Assembly (NCBI GenBank): GCA_951406725.2
Contig: OX597816.1
Span: 75,950,001 to 76,014,000 of the forward strand
Length of the DNA: 64,000 bases
Source: Octopus vulgaris
Lineage: Eukaryota
Direction of reading: 5' to 3'
A program made the translations under genes and the position numbers. This document shows positions 30,206-43,080 of this stretch, piece by piece. The notes under the pieces were generated by a model. That model had not been told where the DNA came from, did no database searches, and was given only the letters and a program-made list of their open reading frames with translations. Position 1 is the first letter of the stretch. Each line of letters opens with the position of its first letter.

Positions 30206-30814
30206 TATATATATACATACATATGTTTGCATGTAAACATACACATACACAGTCGTGTATACTATGCGGATGCAATATATGTTTGATAGCTTTGACGTGA
30301 TACAAATGTTTATTTGACAATGTATAAGCACGCAACGAAGGAATGATAATAATTAAAAATATTAAGCCTCATACGGCATTTAATAGCAGGAATCTGATGC
30401 AAATTAAACAAATGGGATAAATATTGTAAACAAATTTTGAAAATAATTTGTCTCTTTCCCATAATACGAGTCAGTGATTTACCACAGAGATTGAGACAAA
30501 TAAAATCCGCATGTTTAGGCACAGAAACACGAATATACAAACATACATACATTCATACATATTTATAAATATATGTGTATGTATATGCATGTACATGCAC
30601 ATACATACATATATACATACATACATGCATACATACATATATACATACACACACATACACACACATGTATATAAATACAAGGTTTTATATCGAGTTAGGA
30701 AAATAAAATCACATTAGACTGAAAGATAGCTGAAAACTTTTTGTAAAGTACATAACTATTATTATTTAACAAGAATAAAGAAGTGTTGACAGTGATTCGT
30801 GTTAAAGAATATAC

Positions 30815-30893
<79 letters not shown>

Positions 30894-30950
30894 AGAAATA
30901 TTAAAATTACTAAGTCTCTCTAAAAGAGAACAGCGGCAGCGTTCCCGGAA

Positions 30951-31122
30951 AATAATAGTTATCGCCATACTAATATGGCATTCTTATAAAAAGAATAAAG
31001 CTGTCCGCTTATTAGCTCCATGAGGCCATCGCCTTAAGTTAGCTATTTGATACACAAACTGTATCCATATAACCTTCTTATTTTTATAAGAATGCCATAT
31101 TAGTATGGCGATAACTATTATT
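30951..31122. repeat. Perfect 42 bp inverted repeat with 88 bp spacer between two (TA)n arrays
   Basis: AATAATAGTTATCGCCATACTAATATGGCATTCTTATAAAAA (30951-30992) is the exact reverse complement of 31081-31122. Confidence 0.9.
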
Positions 31123-31153
31123 ATATATATATGTATATATATATATATCTATG

Positions 31154-31266
<113 letters not shown>

Positions 31267-31269
31267 CAG

Positions 31270-31640
31270 ATAAGTAACAAGGTATTAGTGCATTAGGACC
31301 ATTTCAGGCGGCTCCATTTAATCGACAAATACAAGCATTAAATCAATTTGAAATACATCGCCCTCTTCGGATGCGTAAGACCATACAGGTTTTCAACATA
31401 CAGGATGCTCCATAAAAATATTTTAGCAAATATTTCATCAGAACTAGAGAATAAAAGAATGGCATGCTTGTTGCTATTGTTGTAGGAGAATGAAGTTAGG
31501 GAGAAAATACCCCAACTATAATTTAGAGTGGCAGAAGAGACTAACAATGGACGTCATGAGATGGTAATTCAGCTACATTTATCTACTTATCACTATCGAA
31601 AGATCTAAAGCTGTGTGTATAATACCGAACTAACTTAGTG
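31270..31640 (-). mobile_element. Decayed PLE 3' end (GIY-YIG-like relic + HHR-like motif)
   Basis: Minus strand RYYTHSF...NYSWGIFSLTSFSYNNSNKH loosely follows the PLE endonuclease C-terminus; HHR-like motif at 31290-31374. Confidence 0.4.
31290..31374 (-). ncRNA. Hammerhead-like motif (variant core CCGAAGA)
   Basis: GCAT-CCGAAGA-GGGCG..long loop..CGCCT-GAAA-TGGTCC-TA-ATGC. Stems I and II pair; stem III is imperfect. Confidence 0.5.
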
Positions 31641-31777
31641 CCTAATTCAACTGAACCTTAATTATGTATGTATGTATGTATGTATGTATGTATGTATGTA
31701 TGTATGTATGTATGTATGTATGTATGTATGTATATTTATATGTATATGTATATGTATGTAAGTATATATATGTATGA

Positions 31778-31850
<73 letters not shown>

Positions 31851-32129
31851 TGGTGATTTCTTTTCCTTCTTTGGACTTTTCCCTTTCTTCCTTCCGACGA
31901 AGAGCTATGCTGCACGTCCTCTTGCTGTCCGTTAATTTTATTCGTTTATTCGAATTGACTTTACACACATACACACACAAACACACATATGTGTAAATAT
32001 ATAGATATATATACATGTAAGCATGCGTACATACATATATACATACAGATATGCATATATATATATACATATATATGTGTGTGTGTCTGTCTGTCTGTGT
32101 GTACGCGCGCGTGTGTGTGTATGTATATA

Positions 32130-32520
32130 TGGGTACATTGGCCCAAGAAGGACTGTACTTTCTGAATCAAAATCAGTGGGGTACTTGGGCTTCGACATGA
32201 GCAATGATGCATCTCTCCTGGTACATATTGAGTTGGCAATAAAATGCAGACGGTTAACCGGATGGAACCTTAGACTTTTCAAGACGAAAGAATGGAAAAC
32301 CATGATGGTCCTAGGGACCTACTTGGTGTAGATGCAGGTGCCTACATAGCCAAACTGGATCTCATCTTGTCAAGAGCTCCGGATGAACCTACTTCGCGGC
32401 AGGAAACGCAGATGAGAGCAGCAACATCACAGTCCTCCCATTCACCAAATGTCACATATCAGAGTAGGTTTCAAGTAGTGAAGGTATAAGAAAGCTCTCG
32501 GTGAAGTCTCACTATGGCTG
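32130..32520 (+). mobile_element. CR1-type LINE 3' fragment (internally deleted)
   Basis: GACATGAGCAATGATGCATC.. and CCGGATGAACCTACTTCGCGGCAGGAAACGCAG parallel 57830-57850 and 58410-58445 of the longer CR1 relic. Confidence 0.5.
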
Positions 32521-32964
32521 CAACTAGTAAAAGAATTAAAAAATAAATGAAAAACATTTGCCTATTTCGAAGATTAACTGTCCATAATAAAGATGAATGT
32601 AAATAAATTGCTTCTATGTGTGTGAAATTTAGAAAGACGAGTGGAGAGTCGCTTGATGCGCAATTTTATAATTTACTAATCGTTTTATGTACCAGGGTTC
32701 CTTCCGCAATAGTATAGAAAATCCAAATACTGTATAATGCAGTCATAAATTATGTTAGCTCATTAGAGGATAGCTTATAAACATGCTTTGGCACAGACAC
32801 ACACTTGACTGAATCTTTCTATTATAAGTATAGTTCATTAATCAGATTTCTATACAATTTCCTTTTAGCCAATTTCATGTCACAAAGCTCGGACCGCCTC
32901 GAATCTATGATATATAAATTTGCTCAAGATTCCACTCATTGCGTGGACTTCATAATTACGAAGC

Positions 32965-33495
32965 GAACATCTGTCGAACTGAAGGCGCTGGATTTCCTAT
33001 ATCACGTGATTTCTTTCCATTGGAAATCATCTGTGGCAGGCGTCCTCTCATCACATGTCAGTCTAATCTCGCGGCTCCGGTATATAGGATATCGACACCT
33101 TTTCAGACACTGATGTCGCAAATAACCAGTAGACTTAACTTAACTGACCATTTTCGTCTACTACGATTTATAAGTATACTCTTATGCACCAAGCGCCTAT
33201 ATGACAAGAACGCTCAAGGCCAATAACGTAGTATTCGGTGTTCTAACAAGCGATCCACGTTAATTTGGATACAAAGATAACCTGTTGCTTTTAATACTAC
33301 GTCCGTCGCTAATAACCAATTTTTAATAAGCTTACTAGCTATTTGCGACATCAGTTTGTGAAAAGACGCCGATGTTGTATATATAATAACAGAGAGGGGA
33401 CTGGCATGCAGTGACCGGACGCTTCCCACTGATTTGAAAAATAATGAAAAATCAGGTAATAGGGGAGTTCCAGCGTCCATGACAGACGATTGCAA
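32965..33495. mobile_element. Old MITE/fold-back element with ~170 bp degenerate inverted arms
   Basis: CTTTTCAGACACTGATGTCGCAAATAACCAGTA (33099-33131) pairs with TACTAGCTATTTGCGACATCAGTTTGTGAAAAG (33333-33365); similarity extends outward. Confidence 0.7.
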
Positions 33496-35388
33496 CTATC
33501 TATTTGTGTGCTTTTATGCACTAAACGCTTTTATGAGAGGACTTCTCAAGACTAATAATGTTGCATTTATTGTTCTGAAAAATTAAGTTGGATATAAGAC
33601 TACTTCTTGGCATTAGTACGGCTTCCGTTGCTAAAAATTGATATATGCGTTGGGTATATTCGTATTTGTATGTATTTATGTGTATAAATGTGTACATAAA
33701 CGCACACATAAACGTACGTATATAAAACGTACCAATTAATGACCCCGTTAATGCTTGTAGTCGACTACACGAATGTAAGATGAATGTTTAACATAATTTT
33801 CCTTACTCTTTCTATCCTCCGTTCGTCCATCTTCTCACACTGATATCGAAAAAAAAAAAGAAAAGAAAAAAGCGCACTATTAAAAATTTGACGATCCACT
33901 AAAACTAAAAATGTCTTGGCAGAAAAGTGTAGTAGACATTTTACTTTTGCTAAACGATTTAAAATTGAAAACCAGGAAATCTTTATACCTAAACATAAAG
34001 ATATATTAGCTTTTCAATATCGAGCTCTATTTATTTTGTTTTTACTCATAAACCTATATGTGTATGTATGTACATATGTGAGTATGTATGTATGCATGTA
34101 TGTATATTTGTGTGTATGCATGTATATTTGTGTGTGTGTGAGTGTGTGCCCGTACGCGCAGGGGGGCAGTTGGGTTCTGTGATCAATCATAAGAAGGAAA
34201 TAGGAAACTATGTTGGCCCTGTTGAGAACATGTCCTCAGTCATCTAGAGTACTGTTAGAAACATAGTATCAAACGAACAGAAGAGGTCGGGCCACCGCAA
34301 TGCTATTACACCAAGACGATTGTCTTAGTGCAACACATGAGCTACAAGGAGAATCCCTATTCCCAAATGCGAAGCCGCAGAAGGTATGTATATGCAGGGA
34401 TATGTCTACTTGGAGAATACTGGAGGGTCAAGCACATAACTTTGAGACAGATACCCACGAGCTTGTCGCCACTGGATTGTACCAAACTTTCCACTCACTC
34501 CATTTAGCATCAGGACTCAAACTGTAACAGTGTATAGCCCAAGGGCTCTCAGTTGTCCAATATGTAGCACTATACCTCAAATATCTCCGAGGTGTGCAAG
34601 TGGTCGTGTTAAGAACAACCCAAATTTTATTTGGAAAATCCACCTTATAGCAAGAAACACAAATAAGGGAAATTTTGTTTAACTCACTGGTTCACTAGCA
34701 CCAAACCTGGAGAGAGGATTGTTGAAGTGAAATAAGCTGACTATCACACCAAGAGTAACGCACTAGCATGGCCGCAAACTCTGGCTGAAGTAAGTAAAAG
34801 AATACGTACACCCCGCCCCACACCGACATCCACACACGTACGTATGTACATAAATACACGTGCATGACTATTTCTTGACTTTTTGCATACGGAAGTTCAT
34901 TTTATTTCAATTACATGTTGCATTCAGACAAGTCACACACTGTTTTCATTCGATCCATCTCTTCTTTGTATGCATCCGTCCTCTGTCTCCCACCATCTAT
35001 CCATCTGCTTATTCATACATTCGTCCATTGAGAAAATCATTCATTTATTAAATCAATCTATTATTCATTGAATCATCTGCCGATTTATTCGTTGATTGAT
35101 CTCTCATATCACTCAAACTTGCTTAAATTCTATCTCTCCCTCTCTCGCACTAGTTACGACTCACATAATAACACACACACATATACTCACACAACAGCAT
35201 TCATAAGCACATATATTCACAAACAAAAATGCCTAAACACATGGACTACACATACACACACATGCGCGCACGCACACGCACAGACACACACACTTGCACA
35301 TTTAGATGTGTACGTTTGTGTCTGTATGTTTAAGTGAATTCATGTCTGTAACGGGTATACTTGCTTTTCAAACTGTAAAATCTTGTGG

Positions 35389-35563
<175 letters not shown>

Positions 35564-35565
<2 letters not shown>

Positions 35566-36897
35566 TAACCGGGATAAGTCAGTGGGTTTGAAGCTTGGCT
35601 CCTGGAGAAAGAAATCCATGCAGTTCAACAGCATCTCCAGCGTGGGACACTGGACCGACGGACCGGTTAAATTGCTCGGAGTCTGGCTCAGTTCAGACTG
35701 AGGTGGCGAATGCGTACATCGCATCAGTCATCAACTGACCGTCGTACCTTGCCCCGAACCTACCATCACCAAACTAGAACGCATACTCTTCCGCTTTTTG
35801 TGGAAAGGAGCATTTCGATGGTAAGGCGATCCATTTGCTGTCATGGATCAAGCAGAGACCGAGGATAGGTAAATGCTACTGCAAGTGTTATTATGCTCTC
35901 GAGCAGGTTTTCCGCGTGGGACCAAACTTGTGCAACTCTACTCCCACAAAAGCGTTCTATAGAAGATTAGTGGAGGGGAGGTGTGACGACGTTTTGGGGG
36001 AGAATCTGGGCGTCGACTAGGAACACCTGACCCGCATCTTCAGGACCATGTTCGGGCCGGGACCTATGGACAATCATCAGAGATCCCTGACCTGGCAGTG
36101 CTATCAGGGAGCATTGCCCGTTCGGGATAAGCTCTACAGGGACGGTTCGAGAAACACCGGACCGACCTTCCTGAGATACGGTCAGAGAGACGAAACCGTT
36201 CTGCACGCACTCGTGCAATGTCCAAACATTTCAGATCTGTGGGCTTATGTCAAACGGCTGCTGTCACGTGTGGAATGAATTTGATTGTCGGCCGAGTCTA
36301 TCGTGAATATTGCCCCGCCACCTTCCTGTAGGAAGGTAGTTTTCATTGTACTGGTAGCTATGGTGAAAGAATGTGTGTGGTGTACTCGTTTGAAAGGTTT
36401 AGAAACAAATACTTTCCTTTCTGGCCAATTTCTCATCAACTTTTTCAAGTACCACTTGAAAAGGAAGGTGGGAATAGAGGGGGAAGCTTTGTCCCACGCA
36501 AGTTTCCGTAAAAGGTGGTTGAACGTAGCAAAGATGGTACGCATGAATGACGAAACCACTTTGAGCATCATTCTGTAAATCTAAAAGAGCGAGAGAGAAA
36601 GAGAGAGAGAGAGAGAGGAGGGAGAAGGGAGAGAGCGCTTTGCTCTCATGTGTTCTCTCCCTGCCTAAGATTACCGTGGTCTTTTTGCGTAAGCTTTTTT
36701 TTTCCATGGATAAACCTAATCTTTATTACATTTTTACTTCCCCTTTTGGGAACTCTATTACAGACGGAACGTTGTTACTTTGCTGTTTACACGTACCAAA
36801 CTTTTTCGATCCTTTTGATCTTTTTTTTTTCTCTTTCGAAAAGAAAAGTTCTACATTGTATTTTTCCCTCTGTGTTCGACCCTACGTGGCTAATAAA
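35564..36897 (+). mobile_element. Tx1/L1-type LINE, 5'-truncated decayed copy
   Basis: INRDKS...VKLLGV, WQCYQGALPVRDKL...DETVLHALVQC (zf-RVT-type region), 3' UTR ending AATAAA. Homologous to 53491-54966. Confidence 0.85.
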
Positions 36898-36902
36898 TCT
36901 CT

Positions 36903-36963
<61 letters not shown>

Positions 36964-37542
36964 ATAAAATTAGGCAGAATTAATCGTGTGAAAAGTAAAA
37001 AATTGAAGAATTTATACTCCACTGTCCGATTAAAATCTATTTGGCTTAGAAGTGGTTAAGTATGAGTTATTTTCTTTTGTTTTCTAAATATATTTTAAAT
37101 AAACTTGAATAGATTAAGTTCTATTGAAATGGATTAATAGGTCATTTTTACTGTGAGAAGTATTTGTTCTTGAAATGCATTTGAACGGAAAATTTGATCT
37201 AAATGGAATATAGTAAATTAGAAACATGTTATATGTATACTTCAAAATGTACATAAATACACATGTACGTCTGTGTATATGTGTTTGTACATAATTTACA
37301 TGAATGTTTGTATGTGTAGATATATTAATTCTTGTGTGTATATGTGTTTGTACGGACGTAAATTTGCGTATATGCTACCACCTCATCCTTCACTGCTTAG
37401 CTTCTGGCTTACAACACTGTTATGCCAGCAATAATTTATCATAGTAAATATATATGGGCGATTCTCTGAGATATTGCTTCTATACACCTTCATGCTCTCT
37501 TCCATCCACAATGCACAGTACATTAATCTCTCATGTTTTCAG

Positions 37543-37662
<120 letters not shown>

Positions 37663-37664
37663 TC

Positions 37665-38690
37665 GACGGACGTGTTGTCACCTCGGCTCCGAAGGTAATC
37701 GTTTATTTTGACTATTTATAGCCCATATTTGTGTATATTTTTGTAAATAAGGTGTGTAAGGCACCCAACTTTCGTTTGCGTGCTTTTCCAAGGGAGGAAT
37801 TCGCCCCTAGGGGCAGTTTCAACCCTAATTATATTGTATATTTTTCTTCTCGACATTAAAAAATGTCGAGAAATGTTATTGTAGAACGCTGGTCGCGTTC
37901 CTTTATGGACCAGCATTTTCCTCGTCTGGAAACGCTAGGAGAAAAAAGAACTTATGCACGCAAAGTGCAAACCTGAATGACGTGGTAGTGAACGCTGCAA
38001 CCACTTGCGGTAACAGCACTGTCACCACCACCACCACCACCACCACTAACAACAACAACAACGAGACTACTACTGCTACCACCACCACCTCCACCACCAC
38101 CACCACCACCACCACCACCACCACCACCACCAACATAAATGATAAAATGAAACTCATGTGAATACTATTAACAAAAACAACAAAAAGAAGAACAACAATA
38201 AAAATGAAATAAATATCTTACTATCTAATAGTGAAGATGTTAATATAAAATAATCAACAACACCAGTAAATTTCGCTGACACTCTGCGTCAGAAAAAAGA
38301 AATAGTAAAATTTACGAATGAAGAGTTAATAGAAACGAGAGCACTCTTTACAACACAAGGGCAGGATTTAGTGCTGCATACACCTCAACACATAAAGGAA
38401 GAAATAGAAAATAAGACAATTATATATAAAATTATAAGAAAAAACAAAAAACAAAATGAACAGATTACAAAAACGGATATAGAAAGGTGTTTAAAAAGCA
38501 TAATGAAAAAAAAAATAGAATATATAAACTGGGGTCCCCAGTTTATTACAGTGGTGGTCCGCTTCCCTAACCAGGAAGTGGCAAAAGCTCATACGGTCGA
38601 GACAATAAATATACAAAGAATAATGCATATATATGCCGAGGAAAAAGAGAGACACAACCAGGTAGAATGTTTAAGAGAAAATTAACTGAT
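37665..38690 (+). mobile_element. Possible LINE 5' UTR + ORF1 relic
   Basis: Starts right after (TATC)n; poly-(ACC/AAC) linker, then the basic ORF 38371-38685 (…IERCLKSIMKKKIEYINWGPQFITVVVRFPNQEVAK), ORF1-like in composition only. Confidence 0.3.
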
Positions 38691-40585
38691 ATATTAACAT
38701 GTGTGACTGTGTATGCGTCATGTATACAGAATAATGGAGAGGCCGTGATGAGAACAAAGTGTATGTGTATGTATAGGCATGGATGTATGCCTGTGCGTTA
38801 AGTACAGATAAGAATAGTAAAGAAGAAGACAAACATTGAAAGAGTCTATAATGATAAGTTAGAAGAATGTTCATAGACACAAGAATGAGAATACCAGTTT
38901 GTAGCCAATTGTACACAATAGTTGAAATACTGTATCAAGACGTTGCGGCGATGATGCAGAGCCGATTGAGGTACATGTCATACGTGAAGTTGTGGCTGTG
39001 ATGCTGCTGCCTGGGTCACTTGTATATTCGCTGTTGATCCACGGTGAAGTAGTTCACGAACAGTGCAGTGTTTGTAACTTTTGTGAGTTGGTTGTTGAGT
39101 TGCATAAATAGAGAGATGTTGACGTTAGGCCGAATGGCGGCGGAGATGGAGGTCGCTGAATGCTGTTGGACGAAGTTGGTAAGTCTCAACGGGGTTGCTG
39201 TTGTTTTGTCGCTGGAACTGGCTGTGTCTTGTGTGGTCAGTGGCTAGACCTCAAAAGGTCTGAAACTAAAGACGTCGAGACGATGAGAAGCTTGAGTTGT
39301 AGGCTCAAAGTTGGGTAGAAAACAGGCTGTCACACGTGACCTTATTTGAAGGCTGCGATTGGTTGGGTTGTATATTGGCGCACGCTAGAGCAAAAGACAA
39401 ATTGCGCCAGTACCAACCAATCAGAGTAGTGGACATAACAGGCTCCAAAATGCGGCCAAAGGCTAGCTGTTATCTACTACGTTCGTATGTGAGTATACAT
39501 AATAGAGAGGAGATGAATTTCACTCAAATGTACGCTACACATTCAAGTCCACTTCCATTTACCGCACTAATGTATTATCAAAGCGCTGCTCTTTGTATGT
39601 AGTTTTTTGACGTATTGTACTTATTCCCCTTCCCATCTAGCTTTGTGCCTCTTCTTCACTTCACCCCCTATACTTTTAACTCTTTAACTCCAGCCTCTTG
39701 GCTTAGCTGTTTCTTTCCATACCAAAGAGCCCTTCAATTTTATTTCTACCTTAATTTCATCACGTTATATTCCACACTGCTCACAGTAAATTAATTTTCT
39801 GATTCTTCTGAACGGCAAAATTGAAATAATAAAATTGCTGTTATTTATGCTTCTTAATAACTCATTATTATAAATGAATTAAAAATTTTCAGCAATATTA
39901 GCGATTGCCATACCAAATTAATTACTAAATGCATTTATTATTTCGTTCGTTAGATACTTCCTTCATTATTACTATCCAACTTTAAATATAAACTTATGCA
40001 ATTATTATCACATGCATTTGGTCATCATCTTGTGTACTGATGAAGGAATTTTGTATTATGCATACGACCACCTCTCTCGTTGATTTGCTTCCGTATTTTG
40101 TTAATGTTTCTTGTTAGGATGACGATTTTAGAAGAGATCTCTTTTAGTTTCTTTGCAATTTTTTAGTTCATGGTGGTAACATGTTGTCCTGATTTTATGG
40201 CATTTTAGTTACTCGCATGGTGATAAAGTATAGGAAAATAAGTTATATTTTTTTACTCTAGTAAAAATATAATTAAAATAAAAGACGTTGACAATATACT
40301 TCCACATTTACTCACCTCTTCTGCCGTCCCCCGGAACCGAGGATAATTGTGGGGTTGTACCATATTTTCGCTAATTGATTTAGCTGCCCATGTTGTTGAC
40401 GTCACGAATGTTCTATCCTTGACCTAGTGGAATATCCTGAATGTCACAGCTTGAGGGGGTTTGCACTAACTGAGAACGAATACTTATTCTAGCTGGATAG
40501 CCTGGAACAGGAGGAAAATGACTTTTAAAATGATATAATGCGTCACCGGGTCCAGAAATCGAACCCATCACTAGATGGTCGCTAT

Positions 40586-40930
<345 letters not shown>

Positions 40931-41005
40931 ACACACACATGCGCGCACACACAGACACTGACGCACGCACACACACGCATGTTTTTCCGGTGACCTCTCT
41001 TTGCT

Positions 41006-41037
<32 letters not shown>

Positions 41038-41083
41038 CAATTATGTATATGTATGCATGTATATATATATATGTGTGTGTGTA

Positions 41084-41361
41084 TATTGTATAAAAGATCG
41101 TGGGTAAGACCAGAGCAATGAGAAGTAAATGCAAGGCAAATCACAAGAAAACAAATATATGAATGAATGTAGATTTACTTGCATTCAATATTTCGGGGTT
41201 ATGACCCCATCCTCAGGAAATTAACGAATGTTGCAGATGTGCGTGTTTGTGAGTGTTTGTGGAGTAGACATGCGTGGAAATTCATATGATTGTTTTCTTG
41301 TGATTTGCCTTGCATTTACTTCGCATTGTTGTGGCCTTATCCACGATATTTTATACAATAT
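41084..41361. mobile_element. Fold-back cassette: ~80 bp inverted arms enclosing an HHR-like core
   Basis: 41084-41164 is the reverse complement of 41280-41361 (~85% by eye). Minus-strand CTGAGGA-T-GGGG tcataa CCCC-GAAA at 41191-41216. Confidence 0.7.
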
Positions 41362-42644
41362 ATTCTACACAATGCTTCACAGTAACTATTCCATATATAT
41401 ATATATATATATCACACACATACACACGCGCGTGATATTCTTTCAAGGGATGTAATAATTCTGAGTGGTGTAATTCTGAGATGATTTAATTTCTTTACCT
41501 TTTTTTCCCTTTTCTCTTTTATGTTTGGTTCTGGGATTTATGGGTTTGTTGCATTCATGCAGATTGACTTCGGCCACACAACACCAATCATTAGTCATTC
41601 ATTGGTTGTTATTTTCAGTTTCTATTTTTCTTCTCGCTTGTTTACAACATTATATATGACTGTCATCATTTCTAAGGCGACGAGCGGGCTGAATTTTTAG
41701 CACGTCATACACACCTGCTTAACTATATTTCTTCCGGTTCTTTACGCTCTGAGTTCAAATTTGATCCTTTCGGGGTCGATAATATAATTAACAGTTGAAC
41801 ACTTACATGTCCTCTCAAATTTTCTGGCTTTATGCCCAAATTTGTAACAATTACACTGTGTAACACGATTTTTGTCCTTGAATAGCAACTGATATTTCCT
41901 AGTTTCTTAACCTGAAGGTTAAACTTTGCTTTTGTTACACTTATTCTAACCCCAAAGAACCCCTCCCAACACATGTCTATGATACTGCTCTTGTTCATGA
42001 ACAGAGATGCACATATTGTCAACCATTAAGAGACATGCTCATGTGGCTAAAGTCAAGTAACTTACAAGCAAATCTGTGGTATTAAGCAGAATATTTGCTA
42101 TAACGTTATTTCCGCTTCAGCAAGTCAGCACTGAATCTGTCTGAAATATAATGGAAAACAGGTCAGTTTCAAAACATTGATGTCCAGGTCACAGAAGTTA
42201 AGTTTGAAGGGAATAGTAGTCATTTCCTCTGATTTCTAAATAAAAACAAACAGGAAATAACACTTACTGACCAAAGACAAACGAAATTGTTACACAGTGT
42301 TATTGTCATCATTCTATCAAGTAAAATATAAAGTAAAGAAAGAGAGAAAAAGGAGAGTAAAAAAAAATGATAGGAAAAGTATGGACGAATGCAATGGTGG
42401 AAAAATGAAAGAAAAAAGGAAAACTGTGAATGTCCAATGATGACGGATCAGTGACCGTTCGTTATAAATATGTCAAAAAAACACTCTGCATGAATACAAT
42501 AGTACCATATATTTCAGGGATCAACATGAAAGAAAGAAAAAAATGAAGACCCCAATAATTATAAGACTAATAATAGGTATGTTGGGGTAATCGGTCAGCA
42601 GACGTATCGCGAACGAAGAGTTAGTCAAGTACAGAGCGGTAATA

Positions 42645-42863
42645 AGAAAACAGATGGCAAAGGAATAAACGATTATCTTATAAACTTTATTAGCTTATAG
42701 CTTGTTTCCTTTATAAAATGGAGTAGTGACACTTCACAGTTAGTGACACTTCACAGTTTCACCAGAGCCTCAAACATGAAGTGCAATTAATGTGTCAAAA
42801 GGAATACAATTTGTAAGTTAGTGAAGTTTATAAGATAATCGCTTGTTCTGTCGTCGGCTCTTT

Positions 42864-42865
<2 letters not shown>
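42645..42865. repeat. Degenerate ~65 bp inverted repeat abutting (TA)n
   Basis: CGATTATCTTATAAACTT (42670-42687) pairs with AAGTTTATAAGATAATCG (42824-42841) and similarity extends both ways; internal 17 bp tandem duplication TAGTGACACTTCACAGT. Confidence 0.75.
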
Positions 42866-42934
<69 letters not shown>

Positions 42935-42938
42935 AAGG

Positions 42939-42989
42939 AGCTTCTACAGGACTAGAACTGTTTCATTCTAAAGAAATCATCAGGAAGCT
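42939..42989 (-). ncRNA. Complete type I hammerhead ribozyme motif
   Basis: Minus strand AGCTTC-CTGATGA-TTTC ttta GAAT-GAAA-CAG ttctagtc CTG-TA-GAAGCT: 6 bp stem I, canonical core, 4 bp stem III, GUA triplet. Confidence 0.85.
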
Positions 42990-43025
42990 TATTTACTGTG
43001 GTTAACCCCGACTCAACCCGGGACC

Positions 43026-43077
<52 letters not shown>

Positions 43078-43080
<3 letters not shown>

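Noticed and set aside
40037-40360. CTGATGAAGG possible hammerhead start
   Set aside because: I could not find a matching GAAA with stems I and III.
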